The notes under the pieces were generated by a model. That model had not been told where the DNA came from and made no database searches. It was given only the letters and a program-made list of their open reading frames with translations. Positions 28,366 through 36,046 of a DNA stretch of 41,436 nt are shown one piece after another. Source of the DNA: an uncultured Rhodospirillales bacterium (GTDB taxonomy: Bacteria > Pseudomonadota > Alphaproteobacteria > Rhodospirillales > CAJXLG01); assembly GCA_913055885.1 (NCBI GenBank), contig CAJXLG010000002.1, positions 1 to 41,436 of the forward strand, given 5' to 3'. The position numbers and the translations under genes were made by a program. Each line of letters begins with the position of its first letter. Position 1 is the stretch's first letter.

Positions 28366-29355
28366 ATGACCGATCTCGTGGTGGCCGACACCCTTCACAA
28401 GCGCTTCGGCCCGGTGGTGGCCGTGGACGGCATCTCCCTCGCGGTGCCGCGCGGCGAGGTGCTGGGTTTCCTGGGCCCCAACGCCGCCGGCAAGTCCACC
28501 ACCATGAAGATGCTCACGGGCTATCTGCTGCCCGATTCCGGCCGCGTCACCGTGGCCGGCCACGACATGGCGCGCGACGCCCTGGCCGGGCAGCGCCAAC
28601 TGGGCTACCTGCCCGAGGGCGCGCCCCTCTACGGCGACATGACCACGGACGCCTTCCTGGATTTCGTCGCCCGGGCGCGCGGCTATCGCGGCCGCGAAAA
28701 GACGCGGCGCATCGCCACGGTGGTGGAGCGCGTCGCCCTGGAAAGCGTGCTGCACCGGCCGGTGGAGGCCCTGTCCAAGGGGTTCAAGCGGCGGGTCGCC
28801 CTGGCCCAGGCCATCCTGCACGATCCGCCCGTGCTCATCCTGGACGAGCCCACGGACGGCCTGGACCCCAATCAGAAACAGCACGTGCGCCGCCTCATCC
28901 GCGACATGGCGGCGGACAAGGCCATCATCATCTCCACCCACATCCTGGAGGAGGTGGAGGCCGTGTGCAGCCGCGCCGCCATCATCGCCGACGGCGTCCT
29001 GCGCGCCGACGGCACCCCCGACGCCCTGCTGGCGCGGGCCCCCGACCACGGCGTGGTGACCCTGACGCTGGCCGGCGACGCCGGGGAGGCGCGCGCGGCG
29101 CTTTCGGACCTGGACGGCGTGGCCGGCATCGAGGCCGCGCCGGCGCGCGACGGCCGTGCCGCCCTGCGCGTGGTGCCCGAGGGCGGGCGCGCCATCGCCC
29201 CGGCCGTGGGCGGGCGGCTGCGCGACCGGGGCATTGCCGTGGACGAAATGGTGGTGGAACGCGGCTCCCTCGACGCCGTTTTCCGCGACGTCACCGGCGT
29301 CGAGGGCGGCCGCGACGGCGGTGCCACCACGGATGGAACGGGAGCGGCGGCATGA
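28366..29355 (+). CDS. ABC transporter ATP-binding protein (ABC-2/GldA-like subfamily)
   Basis: Walker A GPNAAGKST, signature LSKGFKRRVALA, Walker B LILDEPTDGLD. The ATG at 28366 is preceded by GGTGGAG. The GTG at 28351 is an alternative start. Confidence 0.88.
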   Translation: MTDLVVADTLHKRFGPVVAVDGISLAVPRGEVLGFLGPNAAGKSTTMKMLTGYLLPDSGRVTVAGHDMARDALAGQRQLGYLPEGAPLYGDMTTDAFLDFVARARGYRGREKTRRIATVVERVALESVLHRPVEALSKGFKRRVALAQAILHDPPVLILDEPTDGLDPNQKQHVRRLIRDMAADKAIIISTHILEEVEAVCSRAAIIADGVLRADGTPDALLARAPDHGVVTLTLAGDAGEARAALSDLDGVAGIEAAPARDGRAALRVVPEGGRAIAPAVGGRLRDRGIAVDEMVVERGSLDAVFRDVTGVEGGRDGGATTDGTGAAA

Positions 29356-30086
29356 TGCAGGGCGTGTGGACCGTCGCGGAACGCGAGCTGAAGGGCTACT
29401 TCAACACGGCGCTGGCCTTTGTCTTCATCGCCGTGTTCGTGGCCCTGAGCGCCGCCTTCACCTTCTACCTGGGCGGCTTCTTCGAGCGCGGCAAGGCGGA
29501 CCTCCAGCCGTTTTTCGCCTATCATCCGTGGCTCTACCTGCTGCTCATCCCGGCGCTGGCCATGCGCCTGTGGGCGGAGGAGCGCAAGACGGGCACCCTG
29601 GAGCTGCTCATGACCCTGCCCGTCTCCACGGGGGCGGCCGTGGTGGGCAAGTTCCTGGCGGCGTGGCTGTTCGCCGGGCTGGCGCTGGTGCTCACCTTCC
29701 CCATGTGGGTGACGGTCAACGTCCTGGGCAATCCCGACAACGGGGTGATCCTCGCCGGCTACCTGGGAAGCTTTCTCATGGCGGGCGCCTATCTGGCCAT
29801 CGGCGCCTGCCTCTCGGCGCTCACCAGCAATCAGGTCATCGCCTTCATCCTGGGGGCCGTGGTGTGCTTCCTGTTCGTCATGAGCGGCATGGACATGGTG
29901 CTCGGGGTGTTCCGGCCATGGGCGCCCGACGCCGTGGTGCGGACGGTGGCGGACGTCAGCTTCCTGACCCGGTTCGACGCCATCGCCCGGGGGGTGCTGT
30001 CGGTGCCGGACGTGGTCTACTTCCTGTCGCTGATGGCGTTCTGGCTCACCGCCAACGCCATCGCCGTTGACCAGAAGAAAGCGTGA
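29352..30086 (+). CDS. ABC-2 type transporter permease (GldF-like)
   Basis: The ATG at 29352 overlaps the ATPase stop (ATGA). The 244-aa six-TM protein starts MMQGVWTVAERELKGYFNTALAFVF and contains EERKTGTLELLMTLPV, characteristic of the ABC-2 / GldF-like family. These are only the last 244 codons of ORF 24705..30086. Confidence 0.85.
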   Translation: MMQGVWTVAERELKGYFNTALAFVFIAVFVALSAAFTFYLGGFFERGKADLQPFFAYHPWLYLLLIPALAMRLWAEERKTGTLELLMTLPVSTGAAVVGKFLAAWLFAGLALVLTFPMWVTVNVLGNPDNGVILAGYLGSFLMAGAYLAIGACLSALTSNQVIAFILGAVVCFLFVMSGMDMVLGVFRPWAPDAVVRTVADVSFLTRFDAIARGVLSVPDVVYFLSLMAFWLTANAIAVDQKKA

Positions 30087-31963
30087 TGCAGGGGGTGCGC
30101 ATGGCGGGCAGTCGCACCGGCATGGCGATCGCCGGCCTGATCCTGGCGGCCGTGGCGGCCATCGCCGTGAACGTCGCGGCGGGCACGGCGCTGGAGCGCT
30201 GGCGGCTGGACCTCACCGCCAACAACCTCTACACCATCTCGGACGGCACGAAGACCGTGCTCCGGAACCTGGACACGCCCGTCACCGTCCATCTCTATTT
30301 CTCCGATACCCTTGCCGCCGCGCGGCCCGGGCTCAAGACCTACCACGAGCGGGTGCGCAGCCTGCTGGAACGCTATGTGGCCCTGTCGGACGGCAGGCTC
30401 ACCCTGGAGACCCACGACCCGGAACCCTTCTCCAGGGCCGAGGACCGGGCCGTGGCCTTCGGCCTCCAGGGCATTCCCGTGAACCGGGCGGGCGACAAGG
30501 GCTATTTCGGCCTCGCCGCCGTCAACAGCACGGGCAATACCGAGGTCATCCCCTTCTTCGACCGGGAACGGCAGGCCTTCCTGGAATACGACCTCACCAA
30601 GCTCATCCACTCGCTGGCCGACCCCGAGAAGAAGACGGTGGCGCTGGTCACGGCCCTCGACATGACGGGCGGCGGTGGCGGGCGGAGTCCCCTGCGCCGC
30701 CGCCACCAGGAGGCGTGGCGCATCCTCGGCCGCATGCGCAAGTTCTTCAACGTGAAGACCGTCAAGCCCTCGGCGGAGTCCCTGCCCGACGGGGTGGAGA
30801 TGGTCATGCTGGCGAAGCCGGGCGACATGACGCCGGGACTCGCCTATGCCATCGACCAGTTCGCCCTCAGGGGCGGGCGTGTCCTGGCCTTCGTCGATCC
30901 GCGCACCGAGGTTGCCCGCAAACCCGCGCTGCGCACCAGCGGGCCCGGCAAGCAGACGCGCCGGCTCCTTGAGGCGTGGGGCGTGAAGCTGCGCAAGGGC
31001 CGGGTGGCCGGCGACCTGAAGGCGGCGCAGCGGGTGCGCGCGCAACGCGGCAGCCGCGCGGCCACCGACTACGTGGCCTGGCTGGACCTGGGCAGGCCCA
31101 ATCTGGACCCGCGCGACGTCATCACCGGCCAGCTCAACAAGGTGCTCATGGCCTCGCCGGGGGTGCTGGAACCCGTGAAGGACGCCGGCACGAAGGTGAC
31201 CCGCCTCATCCACACCGGCGACAAGGCACAGGCCATGCCGGTGAAGTGGCTGCGCGGCAGGGCGGCGCCCGGGCGCCTGCTGGAGCGGTTCACGCCGCAG
31301 AACAAGCAGCTCACCCTGGCCGTGCGCCTGCGCGGCCGGACCGGCACGGCTTTCCCCGACGGGCCGCCGGGTGACGCAAAGGAGAAGGCGGGCGACGCCT
31401 TCGTCAAGAAGGCGCAGAAGCCGGTGAACGTGGTGGTGGCGGCCGACGTGGACATGCTCCACGATCGCTTCTGGGTGCGCACGCGCAGCCTGCTGGGACA
31501 GGAACTGGCCGTGCCGCGCGCCGACAACGCCGCCTTCACCATCAACGCCCTGGAGAACCTGTCGGGCAGCAACGCCCTCATCGGCCTGCGGGCGCGCGGC
31601 GGCGCCGAGCGCGAATTCACCCTCATCAACCGCATCCGGCGGGCGGCCGAGCGGCGCTACCGCGCCAAGGCGGACAAGCTCAAGCAGGAGCTGGAGAGCG
31701 TGCGCAAGCGCCTGGAGCGCCTGCGCGGCGGCCCGGGCGACAAGGGCGCCCTGCTCTCGCAGAAGCAGCGCGAGGCGCTGGACGCGGCGCGCGAGCGCAT
31801 GGTGGCCATCCGCGAGGACCTGCGCCGGGTGCGCCACGCCCTGAAAAGCGATATCGAACGCGTGAAGACGGCGGTGAAGGCCATCAACATCGGCGGCGTG
31901 CCGCTGGGCCTGGGGGTGATCGTGGGCGTCACCGCCCTCATCCGGCGGCGCCGGCAGGCATGA
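30086..31963 (+). CDS. GldG-like ABC-transporter auxiliary protein (ABC-type uncharacterized transport system component)
   Basis: The start overlaps the permease stop (TGATG). GTG 30083 and ATG 30101 are alternatives. It has an N-terminal TM anchor, a large periplasmic region beginning LDLTANNLYTISDGTKTVLRNL, and a C-terminal TM segment plus a coiled-coil-like stretch. The order after GldA/GldF-like genes is as in known GldG-type modules. Confidence 0.8.
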   Translation: MQGVRMAGSRTGMAIAGLILAAVAAIAVNVAAGTALERWRLDLTANNLYTISDGTKTVLRNLDTPVTVHLYFSDTLAAARPGLKTYHERVRSLLERYVALSDGRLTLETHDPEPFSRAEDRAVAFGLQGIPVNRAGDKGYFGLAAVNSTGNTEVIPFFDRERQAFLEYDLTKLIHSLADPEKKTVALVTALDMTGGGGGRSPLRRRHQEAWRILGRMRKFFNVKTVKPSAESLPDGVEMVMLAKPGDMTPGLAYAIDQFALRGGRVLAFVDPRTEVARKPALRTSGPGKQTRRLLEAWGVKLRKGRVAGDLKAAQRVRAQRGSRAATDYVAWLDLGRPNLDPRDVITGQLNKVLMASPGVLEPVKDAGTKVTRLIHTGDKAQAMPVKWLRGRAAPGRLLERFTPQNKQLTLAVRLRGRTGTAFPDGPPGDAKEKAGDAFVKKAQKPVNVVVAADVDMLHDRFWVRTRSLLGQELAVPRADNAAFTINALENLSGSNALIGLRARGGAEREFTLINRIRRAAERRYRAKADKLKQELESVRKRLERLRGGPGDKGALLSQKQREALDAARERMVAIREDLRRVRHALKSDIERVKTAVKAINIGGVPLGLGVIVGVTALIRRRRQA

Positions 31964-31985
31964 CCGGGACGGGAGGAAGCGCCCC

Positions 31986-33116
31986 ATGACGCCGAAGAAG
32001 CTGCTCGTCCTCGCGGTGATCGCCGTGGCCGCCGTGGCGGCGGCCGTGGCGGCGCGCCTCGCCGAGCCCGATCGCGTGGCCCGCGGCGAAGGCGCCGCCG
32101 CGCGCCTCTTCCCCGGCCTGGAGAAGCGGGTGAACCAGGTGGCGGCGGTGACCGTCACCCATCAGGGCGGCACCTTCACCTTTCGCCGCCGGGACGGCCG
32201 CTGGACCCTGGCCCAGGCGGACGGCTACCCGGCGCGCGGCGCCGCCGTGCGCCGGGCGGTGGTGACGCTTGCCCGCATGGAGCGGGTGGCCGCGCGCACC
32301 GCCGATCCCGGACGCTACGGCGCCCTCCACCTGCGCGATCCGGAAGCCGAGGGGGCGAAATCGCGGCGCATCACCCTCCTGGACGGCGAGGGCAACAAGC
32401 TGGCCGGTCTTGTCGTGGGCAGGCGCGGCGGCAACCTGGGCGGTGACCGCGCGGGCCGCTACGTGCGCAAGGCCGGCGGCCGACAGGCGTGGCTGGCGGA
32501 AGGCGACCTCAAGCTGCCCACGCGCAAGGCGGACTGGCTCAGGCGCACGGTGGTGAACCTCAAGGAAAAGGCCATTGCCCGCACCACCCTGGAACGGGCC
32601 GGTGGCAAGACCGTCACTGTGAAGCGCGGCGAGGACGGCTTTACGGTCAAGGGCGAGGCGCCGGCGGACCGCGTGCCCGACGACCGCGCCATCAAGCGTC
32701 TGGGCACGGCCCTTTCGGACCTGCGCCTCAAGGACGTGCGCAAGGCGGCCGGGATGGACTTTACCGGGGAGGCCAGGACCACCCTCACCAGCCGCACCGA
32801 TGACGGCCTGGCGGTGACCGTCGAGCACGTGCGCCACGATGGCGCCGCCTGGGTGCGCGTGGCGGAAGTCAAGGCGCCGGAGGACGCGAAGGACGCCCGG
32901 AAACGCGCCCGTACCATCCGCCGGCGCACCGACGGCTGGGTCTATGAACTGCCGTCCTACAAGGCCCGCGCCTTCACCATCAAACGTGGCCAGTTGTTCC
33001 GGAAGGAAAACGAAAAAAGCGGCGACGGCACGCCCGGCGCCCCGCCGCAAAGCGGCGCCAAGGGCAAGCTCATGGAGCAATTGCAAAAGATGCGCAAGAA
33101 CGGCGGCGAGCGGTAA
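31986..33116 (+). CDS. DUF4340-like membrane-anchored periplasmic protein
   Basis: GGGAGGAAG SD. N-terminal anchor MTPKKLLVLAVIAVAAVAAAVAA. Its position immediately after a GldG-like gene is the usual DUF4340 context as I remember it. The family assignment needs an HMM search. Confidence 0.7.
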   Translation: MTPKKLLVLAVIAVAAVAAAVAARLAEPDRVARGEGAAARLFPGLEKRVNQVAAVTVTHQGGTFTFRRRDGRWTLAQADGYPARGAAVRRAVVTLARMERVAARTADPGRYGALHLRDPEAEGAKSRRITLLDGEGNKLAGLVVGRRGGNLGGDRAGRYVRKAGGRQAWLAEGDLKLPTRKADWLRRTVVNLKEKAIARTTLERAGGKTVTVKRGEDGFTVKGEAPADRVPDDRAIKRLGTALSDLRLKDVRKAAGMDFTGEARTTLTSRTDDGLAVTVEHVRHDGAAWVRVAEVKAPEDAKDARKRARTIRRRTDGWVYELPSYKARAFTIKRGQLFRKENEKSGDGTPGAPPQSGAKGKLMEQLQKMRKNGGER

Positions 33117-33130
33117 CAGGGCAGGGCCGT

Positions 33131-33166
33131 CATCGTGGGGCTTGCCACCATCGTGGGGCTTGCCAC
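33131..33166. repeat. Perfect tandem duplication of an 18-nt unit (CATCGTGGGGCTTGCCAC x2)
   Basis: Read directly from the sequence: 33131-33148 equals 33149-33166. It begins 15 nt after the DUF4340-like stop. Confidence 0.9.
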
Positions 33167-33262
33167 GACGCTCTCCTTCCCGCCCACCCCGCACGGAACG
33201 TTGCCACACACATATGCCCCCTGGTAGCCTTCTTGTCGCTACCAGCGGGAGAGAATGCCGCC

Positions 33263-33691
33263 ATGGCCCATCCATTCGATACCAGTAACCGCTCGGTCAA
33301 CGCCGGGACAATCGCGGGCGCGACGGTCATGACCGGCGACAACAACAGCGCGAGCACCACCACAGGGGACGTTACGGCGCACATGCCGCCTGCCGGGACG
33401 GTGAACCCGCGCGAGGAACTGGCGAGCCTGCGCGAGCGGGTGCTGGCCCTGGAGCTTGCCGACCGGGGCCGCGTGGAACGGGCGCTGGCCGATGCCGAGG
33501 AAGAAGCGCAAAAGGACGCGCCGGACACGGGCGAGATCGGCGATGCCCTGGAGCGGGTGGCCAGATATACCCGGACGGCGGCGGATTTCGCCGACAACGC
33601 GGCCCGCCTGCACCCGCACGTGGCCGCCCTGGCTGCCTGGCTAAGCAATCCTCAGCTTTTGGCGGCCTTCGGGCTGGCCGGGCTGGCGTGA
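33263..33691 (+). CDS. Orphan hypothetical protein (142 aa): N-terminal Gly/Thr/Asn/Ser-rich low-complexity segment and helical acidic C-terminal part
   Basis: The ATG at 33263 lies 10 nt after GGGAGAG. The frame is open to 33691 with fairly high GC3. No family recognised. The ORF-track start at 33233 is a TTG inside a hairpin. Confidence 0.45.
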   Translation: MAHPFDTSNRSVNAGTIAGATVMTGDNNSASTTTGDVTAHMPPAGTVNPREELASLRERVLALELADRGRVERALADAEEEAQKDAPDTGEIGDALERVARYTRTAADFADNAARLHPHVAALAAWLSNPQLLAAFGLAGLA

Positions 33692-33995
33692 CCACGGGGC
33701 GGTACCCATGACCGACGAGTCCACGAAACCGGGTCAAGTCCATAGAGCGGTGCGAAGCGGCGGAGGTGGAACCGGATGAAGAGCTTCTGGCCCCGATCGC
33801 GGGGGTCTTTCAAAAGTTGAAGCAAGAGGACGCCGGGCCGTCGTGAAGGGGTGGAACACGGGGGCCCGTGGGTTCTCCGCGTCAACCGGGAAGGCCCGTT
33901 GCCGGCCTTTCTTGCCTGCCGTCCCGGCACGGCAACGCGTGCCGGATGAAAACCGCAGCCGCAAGGCCAGAACCTCAAACCGAGGTTGCGAAACA

Positions 33996-34031
33996 TTGAC
34001 GCGGCGCGTGGATCGCCCGTATCCTTATCCT
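33996..34031 (+). promoter_or_regulatory. Candidate vapBC promoter/operator
   Basis: TTGACG (33996-34001), an 18-nt spacer, then tandem TATCCT TATCCT (34020-34031), about 30 nt upstream of the vapB ATG. Pattern match only. Confidence 0.3.
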
Positions 34032-34061
34032 ACTAAGCGCCTTTGGCTGGAGGCAGGCTGC

Positions 34062-34364
34062 ATGTCCGATGACCGTCGAACATCGGAAGTGCCCACCGTG
34101 CCCCTGGTCCGCGACGGCGAAAGCCGGACGGTGCGCTTGCCGCCGTCGGTGGATCTGGAAGGCGTGGACCGCGTCCAGGTCACACGCCAAGGGGACGCCA
34201 TCGTGCTGAAGCCAGCCCAGACGGGCGAGGCCCAGCCGGACTGGGAATCCTTTTTTGACCGCCCACCGCCCGAAGGCGCCGAAACCTTCCTTTCGGAACG
34301 CCCCGACGGAGTCGAACTTGACCGGTTTGTGCTGACGGACCACGATTCAACGGATGGTTCGTGA
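34062..34364 (+). CDS. vapB: Type II antitoxin VapB (AbrB/SpoVT/MazE-fold)
   Basis: The ATG at 34062 follows GGAGGCAGG. LVRDGESRTVRLPPSVDLEGVDRVQVTRQGDAIVLKP matches the swapped-hairpin AbrB-type VapB N-terminal pattern. The stop overlaps the downstream PIN gene region. Confidence 0.8.
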   Translation: MSDDRRTSEVPTVPLVRDGESRTVRLPPSVDLEGVDRVQVTRQGDAIVLKPAQTGEAQPDWESFFDRPPPEGAETFLSERPDGVELDRFVLTDHDSTDGS

Positions 34365-34372
34365 CAATATAT

Positions 34373-34771
34373 ATGATGGATACGAATATATGCTCTTTTA
34401 TTATTGGTCGTCGCCATGAGATGACAAAGCATAACTTGATATACTCGGCAAACCGTGGCAACAGTCACGTTATATCCGCCATTACCTACTTTGAAATGCG
34501 CCAGGGCGCCGCGAACAAGAAAGCCTCGCCGTACCTTGCGGAAGAGATTGAAAGATTCTGCGCCCGTCTGCATGCCGTCTGGCCCTTCGACCGGGAGGCC
34601 GCCGGGCAGGCAGCGGCCGTATATGCGGCGTTGGCGCAACGAGGCCGGGCCATTGGCACCAATGATCTCCTCATCGCCGGCCACGCTCTCGCGACAGGCT
34701 GCGTCCTGGTGACCAACAACACACGGGAGTTCCAGCGGGTTCCCGCCCTGAAAGTGGAAGACTGGACCTGA
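34373..34771 (+). CDS. vapC: Type II toxin VapC (PIN-domain ribonuclease)
   Basis: MMDTNICSFII carries the first PIN acidic residue. Later motifs are SAITYFEM, GTNDLLIAGHALATGCVLVTNNTREF and a C-terminal D/E. The GTG at 34361 (overlapping the vapB stop as GTGA) is an alternative start. Confidence 0.85.
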   Translation: MMDTNICSFIIGRRHEMTKHNLIYSANRGNSHVISAITYFEMRQGAANKKASPYLAEEIERFCARLHAVWPFDREAAGQAAAVYAALAQRGRAIGTNDLLIAGHALATGCVLVTNNTREFQRVPALKVEDWT

Positions 34772-34777
34772 CGCCCC

Positions 34778-35113
34778 CTACCGCCCCGGCACGGTCACCC
34801 CGTTCAACAGCGCCACGCCGGCGATGACGAGCCCGATGCCCACCACCTGCCCGGCCGTGAGGGTCTCGCCGAAGAGCAGCAGGCCCGCCACCACCACGCC
34901 GGCGGTACCCACGCCCGACCACACGGTGTAGACGATGCCCACGGGCATGACGCGCAGGGTCTGGGCCATGAGGACGAAGGCCACGCCATAGCCCGCGATG
35001 ACGATGAGGACGGGCAGGGCATGGCGCAGGCCGTCGGAGGCCTTGAGGGCCACGGTGCCGACCACCTCCGCCACGATGGCAAGGGCCAGCAGGAGCCAGG
35101 GATGTGCCGTCAT
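34778..35113 (-). CDS. Small multidrug resistance (SMR) family transporter (EmrE/SugE-like)
   Basis: 111 aa with four TM segments and the conserved TM1 glutamate in LALAIVAEVVGTVALK. Also GIVYTVWSGVGTAGV. GGAAGGGG SD. Confidence 0.88.
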   Translation of the reverse strand: MTAHPWLLLALAIVAEVVGTVALKASDGLRHALPVLIVIAGYGVAFVLMAQTLRVMPVGIVYTVWSGVGTAGVVVAGLLLFGETLTAGQVVGIGLVIAGVALLNGVTVPGR

Positions 35114-35154
35114 ACCCCTTCCGTAAGCCGTGTTGGTTCCCCAGCCTAGCGGCC

Positions 35155-35940
35155 ATGGAAACCGTTGTCTGCCAGTCGTATCACCGCGACCCGCCGCCCT
35201 GGGTGGCGCGCTGCCTGCAAAGCGTCGAGGCCTGGGCGGCGCGCCACGGCCACGCCTACGCCTTCGAGGGCGATGCCCTGTTCGACCGGCTGCCCGGCCG
35301 GCTTGTCGACAAGACCGCCGGCCGGGCCGCCATCCAGGCGGACGTGGCCCGCCTGCTGTGGGCGCGCGACCTGCTCGACCAGGGGGCCGACCGGGTGGTG
35401 TGGCTGGATGCCGACGTGTTCGTGGTGGCCCCGGAAGCCTTCCGCGTCCCCGTCACGCGCGAATACGCCTTCGGCCGCGAGACCTGGGTGCAGGGCGACG
35501 GCCGCGGCCGCTTCCGGGTGCGCCGCAACGTCCACAACGCCGCGTGCGTTTTCGTGCGCGGCAACAGCGTGCTGGACTTCCTGATCCACGCCGCCCTTTC
35601 CGTGCTGGAACGCGCCGACCCCCGCCACATCGCGCCCCAGATGGTGGGGCCCAAGCTGCTGACGGCCCTCGACGGCATCGTGGGCTTTCCCCTGTGGGAC
35701 GACGCGGGCATGCTGGCGCCCCCGGTGCTGGCCGACGTGGCGGCGGGCGGCCCCGAGGGCGACGGCCCGGCGCTGGCCCGCCTGCGCCGCCACCTGCCGG
35801 CGCCCCTTAACGCCGCCAACCTGTGTCTGTCCCTGGTGGACCGGGCCACCGACGGCGTGACCCTGACGCCGGCCACGGTCACCACGGCCATGGATCGCCT
35901 GGCCGCCGAGGGCCCGGTGCGCCCCTGTAACGAAAGCTAA
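35155..35940 (+). CDS. Glycosyltransferase-like protein with a DXD motif (capsule-synthesis/GT32-like sugar-binding region)
   Basis: METVVCQSYHRDPPPWVARCLQSVEAWAARHG, ADVARLLW and WLDADVF (DXD) resemble the DXD-containing glycosyltransferase sugar-binding family. The GTG at 35104 would overlap the divergent SMR start, so it is not preferred. Confidence 0.65.
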   Translation: METVVCQSYHRDPPPWVARCLQSVEAWAARHGHAYAFEGDALFDRLPGRLVDKTAGRAAIQADVARLLWARDLLDQGADRVVWLDADVFVVAPEAFRVPVTREYAFGRETWVQGDGRGRFRVRRNVHNAACVFVRGNSVLDFLIHAALSVLERADPRHIAPQMVGPKLLTALDGIVGFPLWDDAGMLAPPVLADVAAGGPEGDGPALARLRRHLPAPLNAANLCLSLVDRATDGVTLTPATVTTAMDRLAAEGPVRPCNES

Positions 35941-35973
35941 ACCCGGCGTGTGCCAGCCAGGGCCCGGAGGCAT

Positions 35974-36002
35974 TTGACCCGGCGGGGCACATGGGCCACG
36001 AT
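35974..36002 (+). promoter_or_regulatory. Weak candidate promoter for the trehalose-related operon
   Basis: TTGACC (35974-35979), a 17-nt spacer, then CACGAT (35997-36002). Pattern match only. Confidence 0.2.
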
Positions 36003-36046
36003 CCAGGCATCGCAACGCCGGGCCGGGCGTTCCGGGTGGAGCGTTC

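Noticed and set aside
33131-33166. CRISPR-like array
   Set aside because: There are only two directly abutting 18-nt copies with no spacers, and no cas genes are in the window. It is a simple tandem duplication.
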